Shown here: positions 33,849-47,377 of the stretch, piece by piece | Numbering within the stretch: position 1 is the first letter of the stretch | Layout of the letters: each line of letters opens with the position of its first letter | Source: Escherichia coli 042 | Lineage (GTDB): Bacteria; Pseudomonadota; Gammaproteobacteria; Enterobacterales; Enterobacteriaceae | Direction: 5' to 3' (one strand) | Length of the DNA stretch: 64,000 nucleotides | Assembly: GCF_000027125.1 (NCBI RefSeq) | Contig: NC_017626.1 | Made by a program: the position numbers and the translations under genes | The notes under the pieces: model-generated | Databases searched by the model: none | The model's input: the letters and a program-made list of their open reading frames with translations, nothing else | What the model was told of the DNA's origin: nothing

Positions 33849-34301
33849 ATGGCAGAAACCAAAATTGTTGTCGGTCCGCAGCCATTCAGCGTAGGAGAAG
33901 AGTATCCGTGGTTGGCGGAGCGTGATGAAGACGGTGCGGTAGTCACCTTTACCGGTAAGGTGCGCAACCATAACCTTGGCGACAGCGTCAAAGCATTAAC
34001 CCTCGAACACTATCCGGGGATGACTGAAAAAGCACTGGCAGAAATTGTCGATGAAGCGCGTAACCGCTGGCCGCTGGGGCGCGTCACGGTGATTCACCGC
34101 ATCGGGGAATTATGGCCGGGAGATGAAATCGTTTTTGTCGGTGTCACCAGTGCGCATCGCAGCAGTGCGTTTGAAGCCGGGCAGTTTATTATGGATTATC
34201 TCAAAACCCGCGCACCGTTCTGGAAGCGTGAAGCCACGCCGGAAGGCGACCGCTGGGTTGAAGCTCGGGAGAGCGATCAGCAGGCGGCAAAACGCTGGTA
34301 G
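33849..34301 (+). CDS. moaE: Molybdopterin synthase catalytic subunit
   Basis: 150-aa ORF; operon synteny. Confidence 0.9.
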   Translation: MAETKIVVGPQPFSVGEEYPWLAERDEDGAVVTFTGKVRNHNLGDSVKALTLEHYPGMTEKALAEIVDEARNRWPLGRVTVIHRIGELWPGDEIVFVGVTSAHRSSAFEAGQFIMDYLKTRAPFWKREATPEGDRWVEARESDQQAAKRW

Positions 34302-34437
34302 TTTTTTGTTAGCCGGATAAGGCACCGCTGCGTCCGGCAATTTCACCGCTCAGTACATGCGTTTACGCTGCGTCGATGCACAGCCTCATCATTTTGCAGT
34401 ATCCTTAAGATATTCCTTATATCTTCAGGAGATCGTC

Positions 34438-35142
34438 ATGGACAGATTCCCACGTTCTGATTCAATTGTACAACCCCGGGCTGGCTTGCAAACTTATATG
34501 GCGCAAGTCTATGGCTGGATGACCGTTGGCTTGTTGCTGACCGCATTTGTTGCCTGGTATGCGGCTAATTCCGCGGCCGTGATGGAGCTGTTGTTCACTA
34601 ACCGTGTCTTTTTAATCGGTCTGATCATCGCGCAATTAGCATTGGTTATTGTGTTATCAGCGATGATTCAAAAGCTGAGCGCAGGTGCAACGACGATGCT
34701 CTTTATGCTTTATTCGGCGCTGACGGGTCTTACGCTTTCCAGTATATTCATTGTCTATACCGCTGCTTCTATCGCCAGTACTTTCGTCGTTACTGCCGGG
34801 ATGTTCGGCGCAATGAGCCTGTACGGTTACACCACGAAGCGCGATTTAAGCGGCTTTGGCAATATGCTGTTTATGGCGTTAATCGGTATTGTCATAGCCT
34901 CGCTGGTCAATTTCTGGCTGAAAAGCGAAGCGTTGATGTGGGCAGTCACCTACATCGGCGTGATTGTCTTTGTCGGATTGACGGCGTATGACACGCAGAA
35001 ACTGAAAAATATGGGTGAGCAGATTGATACCCGCGACACGTCGAACCTGCGCAAATATTCCATTCTTGGCGCGTTAACCTTGTATCTGGACTTCATCAAC
35101 CTGTTCCTGATGTTGCTGCGGATCTTCGGCAACCGCCGTTAA
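34438..35142 (+). CDS. ybhL: BAX inhibitor-1 family inner membrane protein
   Basis: Start at MDRFPRSDSIVQPRAGL; multi-TM. Confidence 0.85.
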   Translation: MDRFPRSDSIVQPRAGLQTYMAQVYGWMTVGLLLTAFVAWYAANSAAVMELLFTNRVFLIGLIIAQLALVIVLSAMIQKLSAGATTMLFMLYSALTGLTLSSIFIVYTAASIASTFVVTAGMFGAMSLYGYTTKRDLSGFGNMLFMALIGIVIASLVNFWLKSEALMWAVTYIGVIVFVGLTAYDTQKLKNMGEQIDTRDTSNLRKYSILGALTLYLDFINLFLMLLRIFGNRR

Positions 35143-35348
35143 TTCTTTTTTCACCATCAATATCCCGGCCATGTGTCGGGATTTTTTTCTTACGAAAAAA
35201 CGACACTTAACAAGTACCAGGTATAAAATATGCCTTATGAGCGAGCGGAAGCGTTTTCCGTATCCATAAATACAAAAGTATTTTGTATGCGTGGTTTTGA
35301 ATTTATTGATGGTAAGTATTAATGTTTTTTCTAAGGACAACTAAAAGA

Positions 35349-36062
35349 ATGGAATCATACTCGCAAAACAGCAATAAATTAGATTTTCAGCACGAGGCCA
35401 GGATATTAAACGGCATATGGCTCATTACAGCTTTGGGTTTGGCGGCAACCGCAGGACTGGCCTGGGTAGCGAAGCATCTTGAAATTACGGCAACAAAATA
35501 TGATTCACCGCAAATGTATGTCGCCATAGGATTATTATTACTTTGTATGTATGGTTTAAGTAAGGATATCAACAAGATAAATGCCGCCATCGCAGGCCTA
35601 ATATATCTGTTTTTACTCTCTTTGGTGGCGATTGTCGTTGCTAGTTAAGTTCCTGTATCTGCCATTATCGTCGTGTTCAGCACCGCGGGCGCGATGTTTT
35701 TAATCAGTATGCTGGCCGGTTTATTATTTAATGTTGATCCTTGTTCTCATCGTTTTATCATTATGATGATGTTGACAGGGTTGGCCCTGGTGATCATCGT
35801 GAATGCCGCATTAATGAGTGAACGGCCCATTTGGGTAATAAGTTGCTTAATGATTGTGTTATGGTCAGGCATTATCTCGCATGGACGAAATAAGCTCCTT
35901 GAACTGGCAGGAAAATGCCATAGCGAAGAGTTGTGGAGTCCGGTTCGTTGCGCTTTTACAGGTGTATTAACACTCTATTACTATTTTATCGGCTTCTTTG
36001 GGATTCTTGCAGCAATAGCGATAACGCTTGTCTGGCAAAGGCATACGCGGTTTCATATTTAA
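35349..36062 (+). pseudogene. ybhM: ybhM interrupted by an in-frame TAA at 35646..35648
   Basis: Two ORF-track fragments (to 35648, and from 35673) are in the same frame and separated only by a single TAA; overall span equals a full-length gene. Confidence 0.7.
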
Positions 36063-36120
36063 CGCACTTTCGACTTACGTTTAGAAATGTAGTATCTGAA
36101 ATATAATAGTGGAGAATATC

Positions 36121-36498
36121 ATGCAGTTAGTTTGTACCATCGATAAAAAATATATGGATAAATTTATGGCTATACTGTTTTCAGGAGTGTTACATTCCTT
36201 GAAAGAAGGTTCAATAACTATAGATGAATCTGAACTACTTGTTTTTAGACCTTTTATTTCCAGGCTTTTGCACAAAAATAGTTGTGATAAAGAGTTAATA
36301 GATATAATCGATCTTGGTTGTGAGTTTGAAGATATTGAGTCCCTGGTTCCTGAGCATCTTGATGATGCTATAAAAAACTTAATAACCAAAGTAAGTGATT
36401 TTACATATGCAACAAAAGATAATTATCCCTTGAGTGATAAAATGGAACATGCAGTATCTTTTATGTTTACAAATAACAACGGGCATGATGTGCATTAA
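36121..36498 (+). CDS. Island ORF-A, acidic hypothetical protein
   Basis: ATG with GGAGA RBS; AT-rich; C-terminus ...DNYPLSDKMEHAVSFMFTNNNGHDVH recurs in the remnant at 37705..37830. Confidence 0.5.
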   Translation: MQLVCTIDKKYMDKFMAILFSGVLHSLKEGSITIDESELLVFRPFISRLLHKNSCDKELIDIIDLGCEFEDIESLVPEHLDDAIKNLITKVSDFTYATKDNYPLSDKMEHAVSFMFTNNNGHDVH

Positions 36499-36586
36499 TG
36501 TGGAATGCTAATAAATTGACCATAATTATGTATTCTTAGAATAGTATTGCAAATGTTAATTATGAAAATAAATATTGTGGATTATA

Positions 36587-37045
36587 ATGAAAAATAAAAT
36601 CGAGTTTGATCAGGCTATTAAAAATGCTTATCTCGATATGGCGTTTCCCAACTTTGCATTTGTGATGGAGAAGTATAACTCATTAAAATATAAAGGCATA
36701 ATTACTGAGTTGAGTTCACGGTTTGATGTAAGAGATAACACTGAATTAAATAATGATGTTTGTTTTTCATTAGAAGTTGTTTTGCAAGAAGGTATTGCCT
36801 TTTTATATATGTCTTTTGTCGGGCAATATGCATTTATAATATTCAAAAACGACGTTATAACAAAACATGCAAATATAAATGCAGATGTAGCAGGTTTAAT
36901 TGATATATTGCTTTGTCATGAATTCATGATTTTGGATAAAGAATTTTTACTAAGTGAAGTTAGTTGCGATATTTGTCCGTTTTTAGTCGAAGCAAATAAT
37001 AAATATTTAAATTATTTATTCGCTCGTGGATTGAAAATAAAATAG
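36587..37045 (+). CDS. Island ORF-B, hypothetical protein
   Basis: 152-aa AT-rich ORF co-directional with ORF-A (track start 36575). Confidence 0.45.
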   Translation: MKNKIEFDQAIKNAYLDMAFPNFAFVMEKYNSLKYKGIITELSSRFDVRDNTELNNDVCFSLEVVLQEGIAFLYMSFVGQYAFIIFKNDVITKHANINADVAGLIDILLCHEFMILDKEFLLSEVSCDICPFLVEANNKYLNYLFARGLKIK

Positions 37046-37104
37046 CGTTATTGTTAACTAGTTTAAGATATTGAAATTTGTTATTTAACATATCAGGATG
37101 TTCT

Positions 37105-37704
37105 ATGTTAATAAAGTTAATTGATTTACAAACTATCAAGATTTTCGAAAAAATAAACTCATCTTCATCCGATTTAAGTAAGGAAATAAAAATAAAATCG
37201 CCGCTTCTAATTCCCTATGAAAATCAAGGGGTAACATTTTATTGTGATGAGCTATATGTATTTGATTCCGATGGTTATATTGTATTTGGTCATGATTTAG
37301 ATGGTTATTTTATTGTTAGCGTAAAAAACAAGAAAGTTTATTACTTGTATGATATAGACGAATGCGCAAATTTTACGATGATGTATTGCAATTCTGGAAT
37401 AAATGATTTTATTATATTCAATAATATTTTTATGCAGGCGGTTTTTAAACAATCAGAATTGATGGAAAAACAATTGTTAACAGATGATGAAATTTTATCA
37501 GATGCAATGGATGCTATATTTACCCAATGCGACAGTGAGGCTATGAAAGATGATGCCTTCTGGGGCTTAAGATGCTACGAGCTTCGCGACGGCTTTTTTC
37601 CTTTAAATGATGCCAAAATTAAATTTTATAGTGAAATGGAAAAAGGTCCTCATCAAGGCAAAAGTGAATCCATTCACAAGAGCAAGTTGAACAAAAATGA
37701 TTAA
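37105..37704 (+). CDS. Island ORF-C, hypothetical protein (possible immunity-protein-like fold)
   Basis: 199-aa ORF with AGGA RBS; C-terminal ...DAFWGLRCYELRDGFFPL... motif. Confidence 0.45.
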   Translation: MLIKLIDLQTIKIFEKINSSSSDLSKEIKIKSPLLIPYENQGVTFYCDELYVFDSDGYIVFGHDLDGYFIVSVKNKKVYYLYDIDECANFTMMYCNSGINDFIIFNNIFMQAVFKQSELMEKQLLTDDEILSDAMDAIFTQCDSEAMKDDAFWGLRCYELRDGFFPLNDAKIKFYSEMEKGPHQGKSESIHKSKLNKND

Positions 37705-37830
37705 ATGAGAGGCTCTTCACATCGCCGCTTCATTATTCGTCCAGAAAAAGATGATTATCCCTTAAGTGATGAAATGGAAAATGTGGTTTCCTTGGGATTT
37801 AGCAATAATAAGGATTTGCAGAATGTTTAA
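37705..37830 (+). pseudogene. Remnant of an ORF-A paralogue fused to a ybhN-3'-like repeat
   Basis: 41-codon frame MRGSSHRRFIIRPEKDDYPLSDEMENVVSLGFSNNKDLQNV; last ~26 aa align with the ORF-A C-terminus at ~75% nucleotide identity. Confidence 0.45.
37715..37741. repeat. Direct repeat copy 1: duplicate of the ybhN 3' terminus
   Basis: CTTCACATCGCCGCTTCATT is identical to 38046..38065, with partial similarity extending further. Confidence 0.7.
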
Positions 37831-38044
37831 AGATAAAACTGTCGCAGCGGAAATTAGTGCATTAATGCTTGAGATTGGTGCGAAATTAGATAATTCCGTT
37901 TCAGTTGTTCAGATAAGTTGTGATGAATCTGAGTTTAATATTTATCGGGCCGCCGTTGGTGAAATTATGGGGCGCATGCTAATCGACATCATGAACCCCA
38001 TTTATAAACAGCATCCCGAACTTAAACAAAAAGAACTTAACTAA
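37826..38044 (+). CDS. Island ORF-D, small hypothetical protein
   Basis: 72-aa ORF from MFKDKTVAAEISALMLEIGAKL...; ATG overlaps the remnant stop. Confidence 0.4.
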   Translation, partial: FKDKTVAAEISALMLEIGAKLDNSVSVVQISCDESEFNIYRAAVGEIMGRMLIDIMNPIYKQHPELKQKELN

Positions 38045-38045
38045 A

Positions 38046-38072
38046 CTTCACATCGCCGCTTCATTTTTCGCC
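38046..38072. repeat. Direct repeat copy 2: the genuine ybhN stop and last codons
   Basis: Same 20-mer; encodes the ybhN C-terminus ...AKNEAAM* on the minus strand. Confidence 0.7.
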
Positions 38073-39004
38073 CGCAGCTTCTTCGCCTGGCTTTCCAGTA
38101 ACAGGTAACAGATCAGCGCCAGCAGCAGTGGGATAAAGTAATACAGCACACGATAAGCGAGTAGGGCGGCGATAATTGTGCCTTTAGATGTATGCTCCCC
38201 TGCCAGTAGCGCGATAAACACCGCTTCCAGCACACCAATTCCCGCCGGAATATGCACGATGACACCAGCAATACTACTAACCAGCAACACGCCCAGTACA
38301 AAGAAATAGTTCACGCTTTGACCAAGTAACAGCCAGATTATCGCTCCCATTACCATCCAGTTAACGCTGGAAATCAGCATCTGGGCGAGGGCAAATTTCC
38401 ATGAGGGCAGCACCAGTTTTTGCCCTTTGATGGTCATATGGCGGTGCTTCGCGAAAGCGCAAAACCACAAATAAACCGCGATAATCATCAATAAGCCAAT
38501 GCCGAGAATACGCAGTGTAGTTTGATCGACATACCAGTGATCCGGCAACTCCACCACGCCTGCGGTAAAGATAATCCCCGCCAGTAAAATATAGCCCAGC
38601 CAGTTGGTGGTAATACTCAGCGAGAAAATCCGCGTGATAGTGCTGCCCGGTAACCCTAGCCGGGAGTACAAACGATAGCGCATACCAATGCCGCCGACCC
38701 AGGTACTGAGTGTCAGGTTGAAGGCGTAGCAGATAAACGACACCAGCATCACCTGGCGCTTCGCCAGTTTGTGACCGCAGTAGAAGCGGGCGAGCAGGTC
38801 ATAGCAGCCGTAAATCAGATAACTGACGACCACCAGCCCGACCGCACTAAGCAGCGCAACGCGATTGTAGTCGCGGATGACCTTCCAGACCTCTTCCCAG
38901 TCCACCTTTTTGGCGTAGACCACCAGCAACACAATCACCGCGATAAAAAACAGCCAGGTGAGGATCTTCTTTGCTAAGCGCCAGCGCGGGTGTGATTTAC
39001 TCAT
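38048..39004 (-). CDS. ybhN: Inner membrane protein (UPF0104 family)
   Basis: 318-aa multi-TM ORF; translationally coupled to clsB. Confidence 0.85.
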   Translation of the reverse strand: MSKSHPRWRLAKKILTWLFFIAVIVLLVVYAKKVDWEEVWKVIRDYNRVALLSAVGLVVVSYLIYGCYDLLARFYCGHKLAKRQVMLVSFICYAFNLTLSTWVGGIGMRYRLYSRLGLPGSTITRIFSLSITTNWLGYILLAGIIFTAGVVELPDHWYVDQTTLRILGIGLLMIIAVYLWFCAFAKHRHMTIKGQKLVLPSWKFALAQMLISSVNWMVMGAIIWLLLGQSVNYFFVLGVLLVSSIAGVIVHIPAGIGVLEAVFIALLAGEHTSKGTIIAALLAYRVLYYFIPLLLALICYLLLESQAKKLRAKNEAAM

Positions 39005-40245
39005 CAGGGTTTTACCCCCGTGTTTTCAGTTTCTACCCGATCCTGCGTTTCCATTGTCGGTTGGGCGGGCGGGTCAACCTGCGCCAGACGTGGTGTGTGT
39101 GCCGGAAGCCAGCCCACCAGAGCCGGGAAGTGGCGTAAAAAGTGGAAGGCCAGCACGCTTTTAGTCAGGTTCCACCAGGTGCGTTTCGGCAGCATGGTTT
39201 CATCGACCTGCTGACAATCTGCGGCGATAATGCCGTTTAGATTATCACGCAGCGTCTGGTTAAAATGACGATCGTGGATGATGACATTTGCTTCGAGATT
39301 CAGTGACAAACTGAGCGGATCGAGATTACTGGACCCTACCGTCGCCCAGTGATCGTCCATCAATGCCACTTTGCCGTGGAGCGGACGGCGGCGGTACTCA
39401 AACACCTGAACGCCGCCTTTAACCAGATAGTTATACAGCAAGCGCGCGCCGACTCTGACAATCGGCATATCCGGTTCGCCCTGAATGATCAGTTTGATCC
39501 GCACCCCGCGCCGTGCCGCTTTACGCAAGGCGTGTAAAAATCGATAGCCGGGGAAGAAGTAGGCGTTGGCGATAATGACTTCTCGCCGCGCCTGAGTGAG
39601 CATTTTCAGATAGTGGCGTTCGATATCATCGCGATGTTCTTCGTTATCGCGCCAGACCAGCAATACCTGCGCTTCTCCCGGCTGGCGGTTCTCTTCTGCT
39701 TTATGATGACGTCGCCACCAGCGTCGTGCCGCGCTCTGTCCTGGCAGGTTTTCCAGCTCAAACTGGAGAATATCTTCGACAATCGGCCCTTCGAGGCGTA
39801 CCGCGTAATCCTGTTTAGCCTCCGGACCGTAGCTGGACATATGCTCGGCGGAGTAATTCAGCCCGCCAATAAAGGCGATACGCGCGTCGATCACCACAAT
39901 TTTGCGATGCATCCGGCGAAACACATTGGTGCGCATACCAAAAAGGCGAGGGCGGGGATCGTAGTAGCGGAACACCACGCCAGCTGCCGTCAGTTCATTG
40001 ACAAACTCATCGCTGAGATCCGGCGAACCGTAGCCATCCAGCAAGACTTCCGCTTTAACCCCGCGTTGTGCTGCTGCCAGTAGCGCCGCATGCAGCTGTT
40101 TGCCGACGTCATCCTCAAACCAGATAAACGTTTCAAGAATGATACGTTCTTGCGCCTCGCCAATCGCCTTAAACACCGCGGGATAATATTGCTCGCCGTT
40201 TTCCAGCAACTGGATCTTATTGCCTTCGCGCCAGCTACATTTCAT
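39004..40245 (-). CDS. clsB: Cardiolipin synthase B (PLD superfamily)
   Basis: 413-aa ORF; synteny. Confidence 0.85.
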
Positions 40246-41003
40246 AAATGAATCTCCGCACTTAAAGGGGCATGATCAGAAAGGTGTCGCCATGTCCGCA
40301 GCGGCAAGGCGGTTGGCGCGCTGGCGCTGGCATTTTTGACGTAGATCCTGTCCAGTCGTAGTAGAGGAAATTGCACCGGAAACGTGCGCGCCGGGCGTCC
40401 GTGGGCGCGGGTAAATATCTCATCCAGCCCGGCCTGCACTTTTAACGGATGATTAGCTTTTTGCCGCCAGTCGTTGAAATCACCCGCCACCAATACCGGT
40501 TCGCCGTCCGGTAGCTCATTCACCCATTCGGCGAGCATCGCAAGCTGCGCCTGACGATGCGCCTCACGCAGGCCCAGATGTACGCACATCACATGAATCG
40601 CTTTCCCGGTCATCGGCGGCACAATGCGGCAGTAGAGCACGCCGCGCTTTTCCGCACCATCGACCGAAACATCACGATTCTCATAATGTTCAATGGGATA
40701 ACGTGAAAGAACCGCGTTACCGTGATGCCCTTCCGGGTATACGGCATTGCGACCGTAGGCAAAATCGCTCCACATAGTGTCGGCGAGAAACTCGTAGTGC
40801 GAAGTATCTGGCCAGTTTTCCACATGCAGCGGATGAACTTCGTGCGCGCCCATCACTTCCTGCAGGCAAACAATATCGGCGCTGACGGTACGCACGGCGT
40901 CGCGAAGTTCCGGCAAAATGAAGCGTCGGTTAAACGCGGTAAAGCCTTTGTGAATATTGATAGTGAGCACCTTGAACGAAAATTGTTGTGTTTGATCGGG
41001 CAT
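40242..41003 (-). CDS. ybhP: Endonuclease/exonuclease/phosphatase family protein
   Basis: 253-aa ORF; synteny. Confidence 0.8.
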
Positions 41004-41135
41004 AATTTTCCTGTCTTTGCCTCTTATCTCATTGAAATAGTGTAGTCGGCGTCACAAAAAGGTGCGGTCTTACGGAATTTTCCGTAAAGTTCGGTACTCT
41101 GAGTAAGTAGAGATAAATTCTTCAGGAGAGAAGCC

Positions 41136-41546
41136 ATGAAGTGGCAACAACGTGTTCGTGTCGCAACTGGTCTAAGTTGCTGGCAGATTATGTTGCATTT
41201 ACTGGTAGTGGCGCTGCTGGTGGTGGGCTGGATGAGTAAGACTCTGGTTCACGTCGGCGTGGGATTATGCGCACTGTATTGTGTCACGGTAGTGATGATG
41301 CTGGTGTTTCAGCGCCACCCCGAGCAACGCTGGCGTGAGGTGGCAGACGTGCTGGAAGAGCTGACTACGACCTGGTATTTTGGCGCAGCGCTGATTGTGC
41401 TGTGGCTGTTGTCCCGTGTACTGGAAAACAACTTTTTGCTGGCAATTGCAGGGCTGGCAATCCTTGCCGGCCCGGCGGTAGTGTCTTTGCTGGCGAAAGA
41501 TAAGAAGTTACATCACCTTACGTCTAAACATCGCGTACGCCGCTGA
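41136..41546 (+). CDS. ybhQ: Inner membrane protein
   Basis: 136-aa ORF with four TM helices. Confidence 0.8.
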
Positions 41547-42614
41547 CCCTGTCGTGGCCGTTATCACCAGTAGCGGCCACAAACTATTCCACACAATATC
41601 CAGACTCGCATCCTTCAAATAAATCTGCTTGGTAATGTCCGTAAAGTGGCGAATAGGGTTAATCCACGTCAGGTTTTGCAGCCATACTGGCATGTTTTCC
41701 ACCGGCGAAACGTAACCGGAAAGGAGAATGGCGGGCATCATAAAAACAAACACGCCGATAAACGCCTGCTGTTGTGTCGAGCAGAGTGATGAAATCAACA
41801 GACCGAATCCCACCAGCGATAAACCGTAAATCACCATCGTAAAGTAGAACAGCGCCAGCGATCCGGCGAAGGGGATTTGATACGCCCAGATACCAATCGC
41901 CAGCACAATGGTGGCCTGGAAGGTGGCGACAATTAATGCCGGTACGGCCTTGCCGATGAATATCTGCCAGGTTGTGAGCGGCGAAACCAGTAACTGATCG
42001 AGCGTACCTTGTTCACGTTCGCGGGCAACAGAAAGTGAAGTGACGATCATCACGCCAATAGTGGTGATCATGGCGATCAGCGACGGCACCACAAACCATT
42101 TGTAGTCGAGATTCGGGTTATACCAGTTGCGTACCACCAGCTCGCTGTTGTTGGGTTTCGGTTTTCCTTCCAGCAGCTCCTGCTGATAATTTTTGACGAT
42201 CTGTTGCAGGTAGTTGGCGGCAATTTGCGCACTGTTGGAGTTACGCCCGTCGAGGATCAACTGCAACGGCGCGGTCTGGAAGGTATCCAGTTTGCGCGAG
42301 AAGTCAGCCGGGAAACGCACCAGGAGTAACGCCTTTTGTGTGTCGATGGTCGGGCGGATCTCCTGCGGGCTTTTCAGCAGCAGCACATGGGTAAAGGCGC
42401 TGGCGCGGGCAAAACGTTGAGTAAGTTCTACCGAGTGCTCGCCGTTATCTTCATCGTAGATGGCGATGGTGGCGTTGGTCACTTCCAGCGTGGCGGCGAA
42501 CGGGAACAGGATCACCTGAATCAGCACGGGTAAAATCAGAATTGCGCGGGTTTGCGGTTCGCGCAGCAGCGACTGCAACTCTTTGCGGATTAACGTCCAT
42601 AAGCGATGAAACAT
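41508..42614 (-). CDS. ybhR: ABC-2 transporter permease
   Basis: 368-aa ORF; operon with ybhS, ybhF, ybhG. Confidence 0.85.
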
Positions 42615-42624
42615 GCTCTTCTCC

Positions 42625-43750
42625 CTAATCCAGCCGACGTTTGGTTTTCAGCCACGTCAGGCCGATAAACATCACCGCCGAAGCGATCAAAAACAGCACG
42701 TTCACCACCAGTACCACCGGAATATTCCCGGCGAGGAACAGGCTTTGCAGGGTGCTGACGAAATAACGTGCGGGAATAATGTACGTCACCGCGCGGATCA
42801 CCGCGGGCATACTGTCTATCTGAAATATAAAGCCGGAAAGCATAATCGACGGCAGAAAAGCCGCGTTCAGGGCCACCTGAGCGGCGTTGAACTGGTTGCG
42901 GGTAATCGTGGAAATCAGCAGCCCCATCCCCAGGGTACTGAGTAAAAACAGGCTGGAGATAAAAAACAGAATCAGCAGCGACCCGCGATACGGCACGCCG
43001 AGAATAAACACCGACACCAGCATACACAGCAACATCGCCAGCATCCCGAGAAAGTAATAAGGGATCAGCTTACACAGCAGCAGCTCCGTGCGGGTAATCT
43101 CCGTAGAGAGCAAAGCCTCCATGGTGCCGCGTTCCCATTCTCGCGCCACCACCAGCGAGGTGAGAATCGCGCCGATGACCGTCATGATAATGGTCACCGC
43201 ACCGGGGATAATAAAGTGCTGGCTTATCGCCGCCGGGTTAAACCAGTAGCGGGTTTGTACATCAATAAGCGGTTCAAAAGTCTGCCCGTTATCCTCCGCG
43301 CGCTGCATTTGCCAGATCTGCCAGATCCCTTCGACATACCCCTGCACAAAGTTAGCGGTATTCGGCTCACTGCCGTCGGTGATCACCTGAATCGGTGCGG
43401 TGGCGTTGGCGCGCTCCATCTGTTCGGCGAAATCCACCGGAATAACCACCAGACCGCGAATTTTCCCCGCCTGCATTTTGGCGATCAGTTCCTGACGGTT
43501 ATCGCTGATGGTGGCGTCGATGTAGGGCGAACCGGTCATGGTGTGGGTGAAATCCAGCGCCGCTTCGCTACGCTGTTCCAGTAAAATCCCGACGCGCAGC
43601 TTGCTGGAGTCGAGGTTAATGCCGTATCCAAAAATAAACAGCAGTAGCAGTGGGATCACTACCGCAATCAGCCAGCTACTCGGATCGCGAACGATCTGCC
43701 GTGTCTCTTTGACGCACAGCGCCCGCACGCGACGCCAGGACAGGATCGGA

Positions 43751-43758
<8 letters not shown>
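42625..43758 (-). CDS. ybhS: ABC-2 transporter permease
   Basis: 377-aa ORF. Confidence 0.85.
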
Positions 43759-47149
<3,391 letters not shown>

Positions 47150-47377
47150 CGCACAGTCCATTCTTAATCAAATGATTGATTAAGATTATGACTCCATATG
47201 GGAGTTGTCCAGTATGGCTAAGAATTTTAGCAACGCCAGTCACAGGGATAATTTATGCGCTGCGTCACAAAAACTGCTACACTCCGCTCCCTCATGACAT
47301 TGTGGTTTTTGTCATTTTCCTTTTCAGTATCTCCCTGAAAACTACACCGGTAACGGTCGGGGCGGTTCGGAGTAGTT

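Noticed and set aside
36063-38047. Integrase, transposase or IS element bounding the AT-rich island
   Set aside because: No ORF of suitable size or terminal inverted repeats were found; only the short ybhN-derived direct repeat marks a junction.
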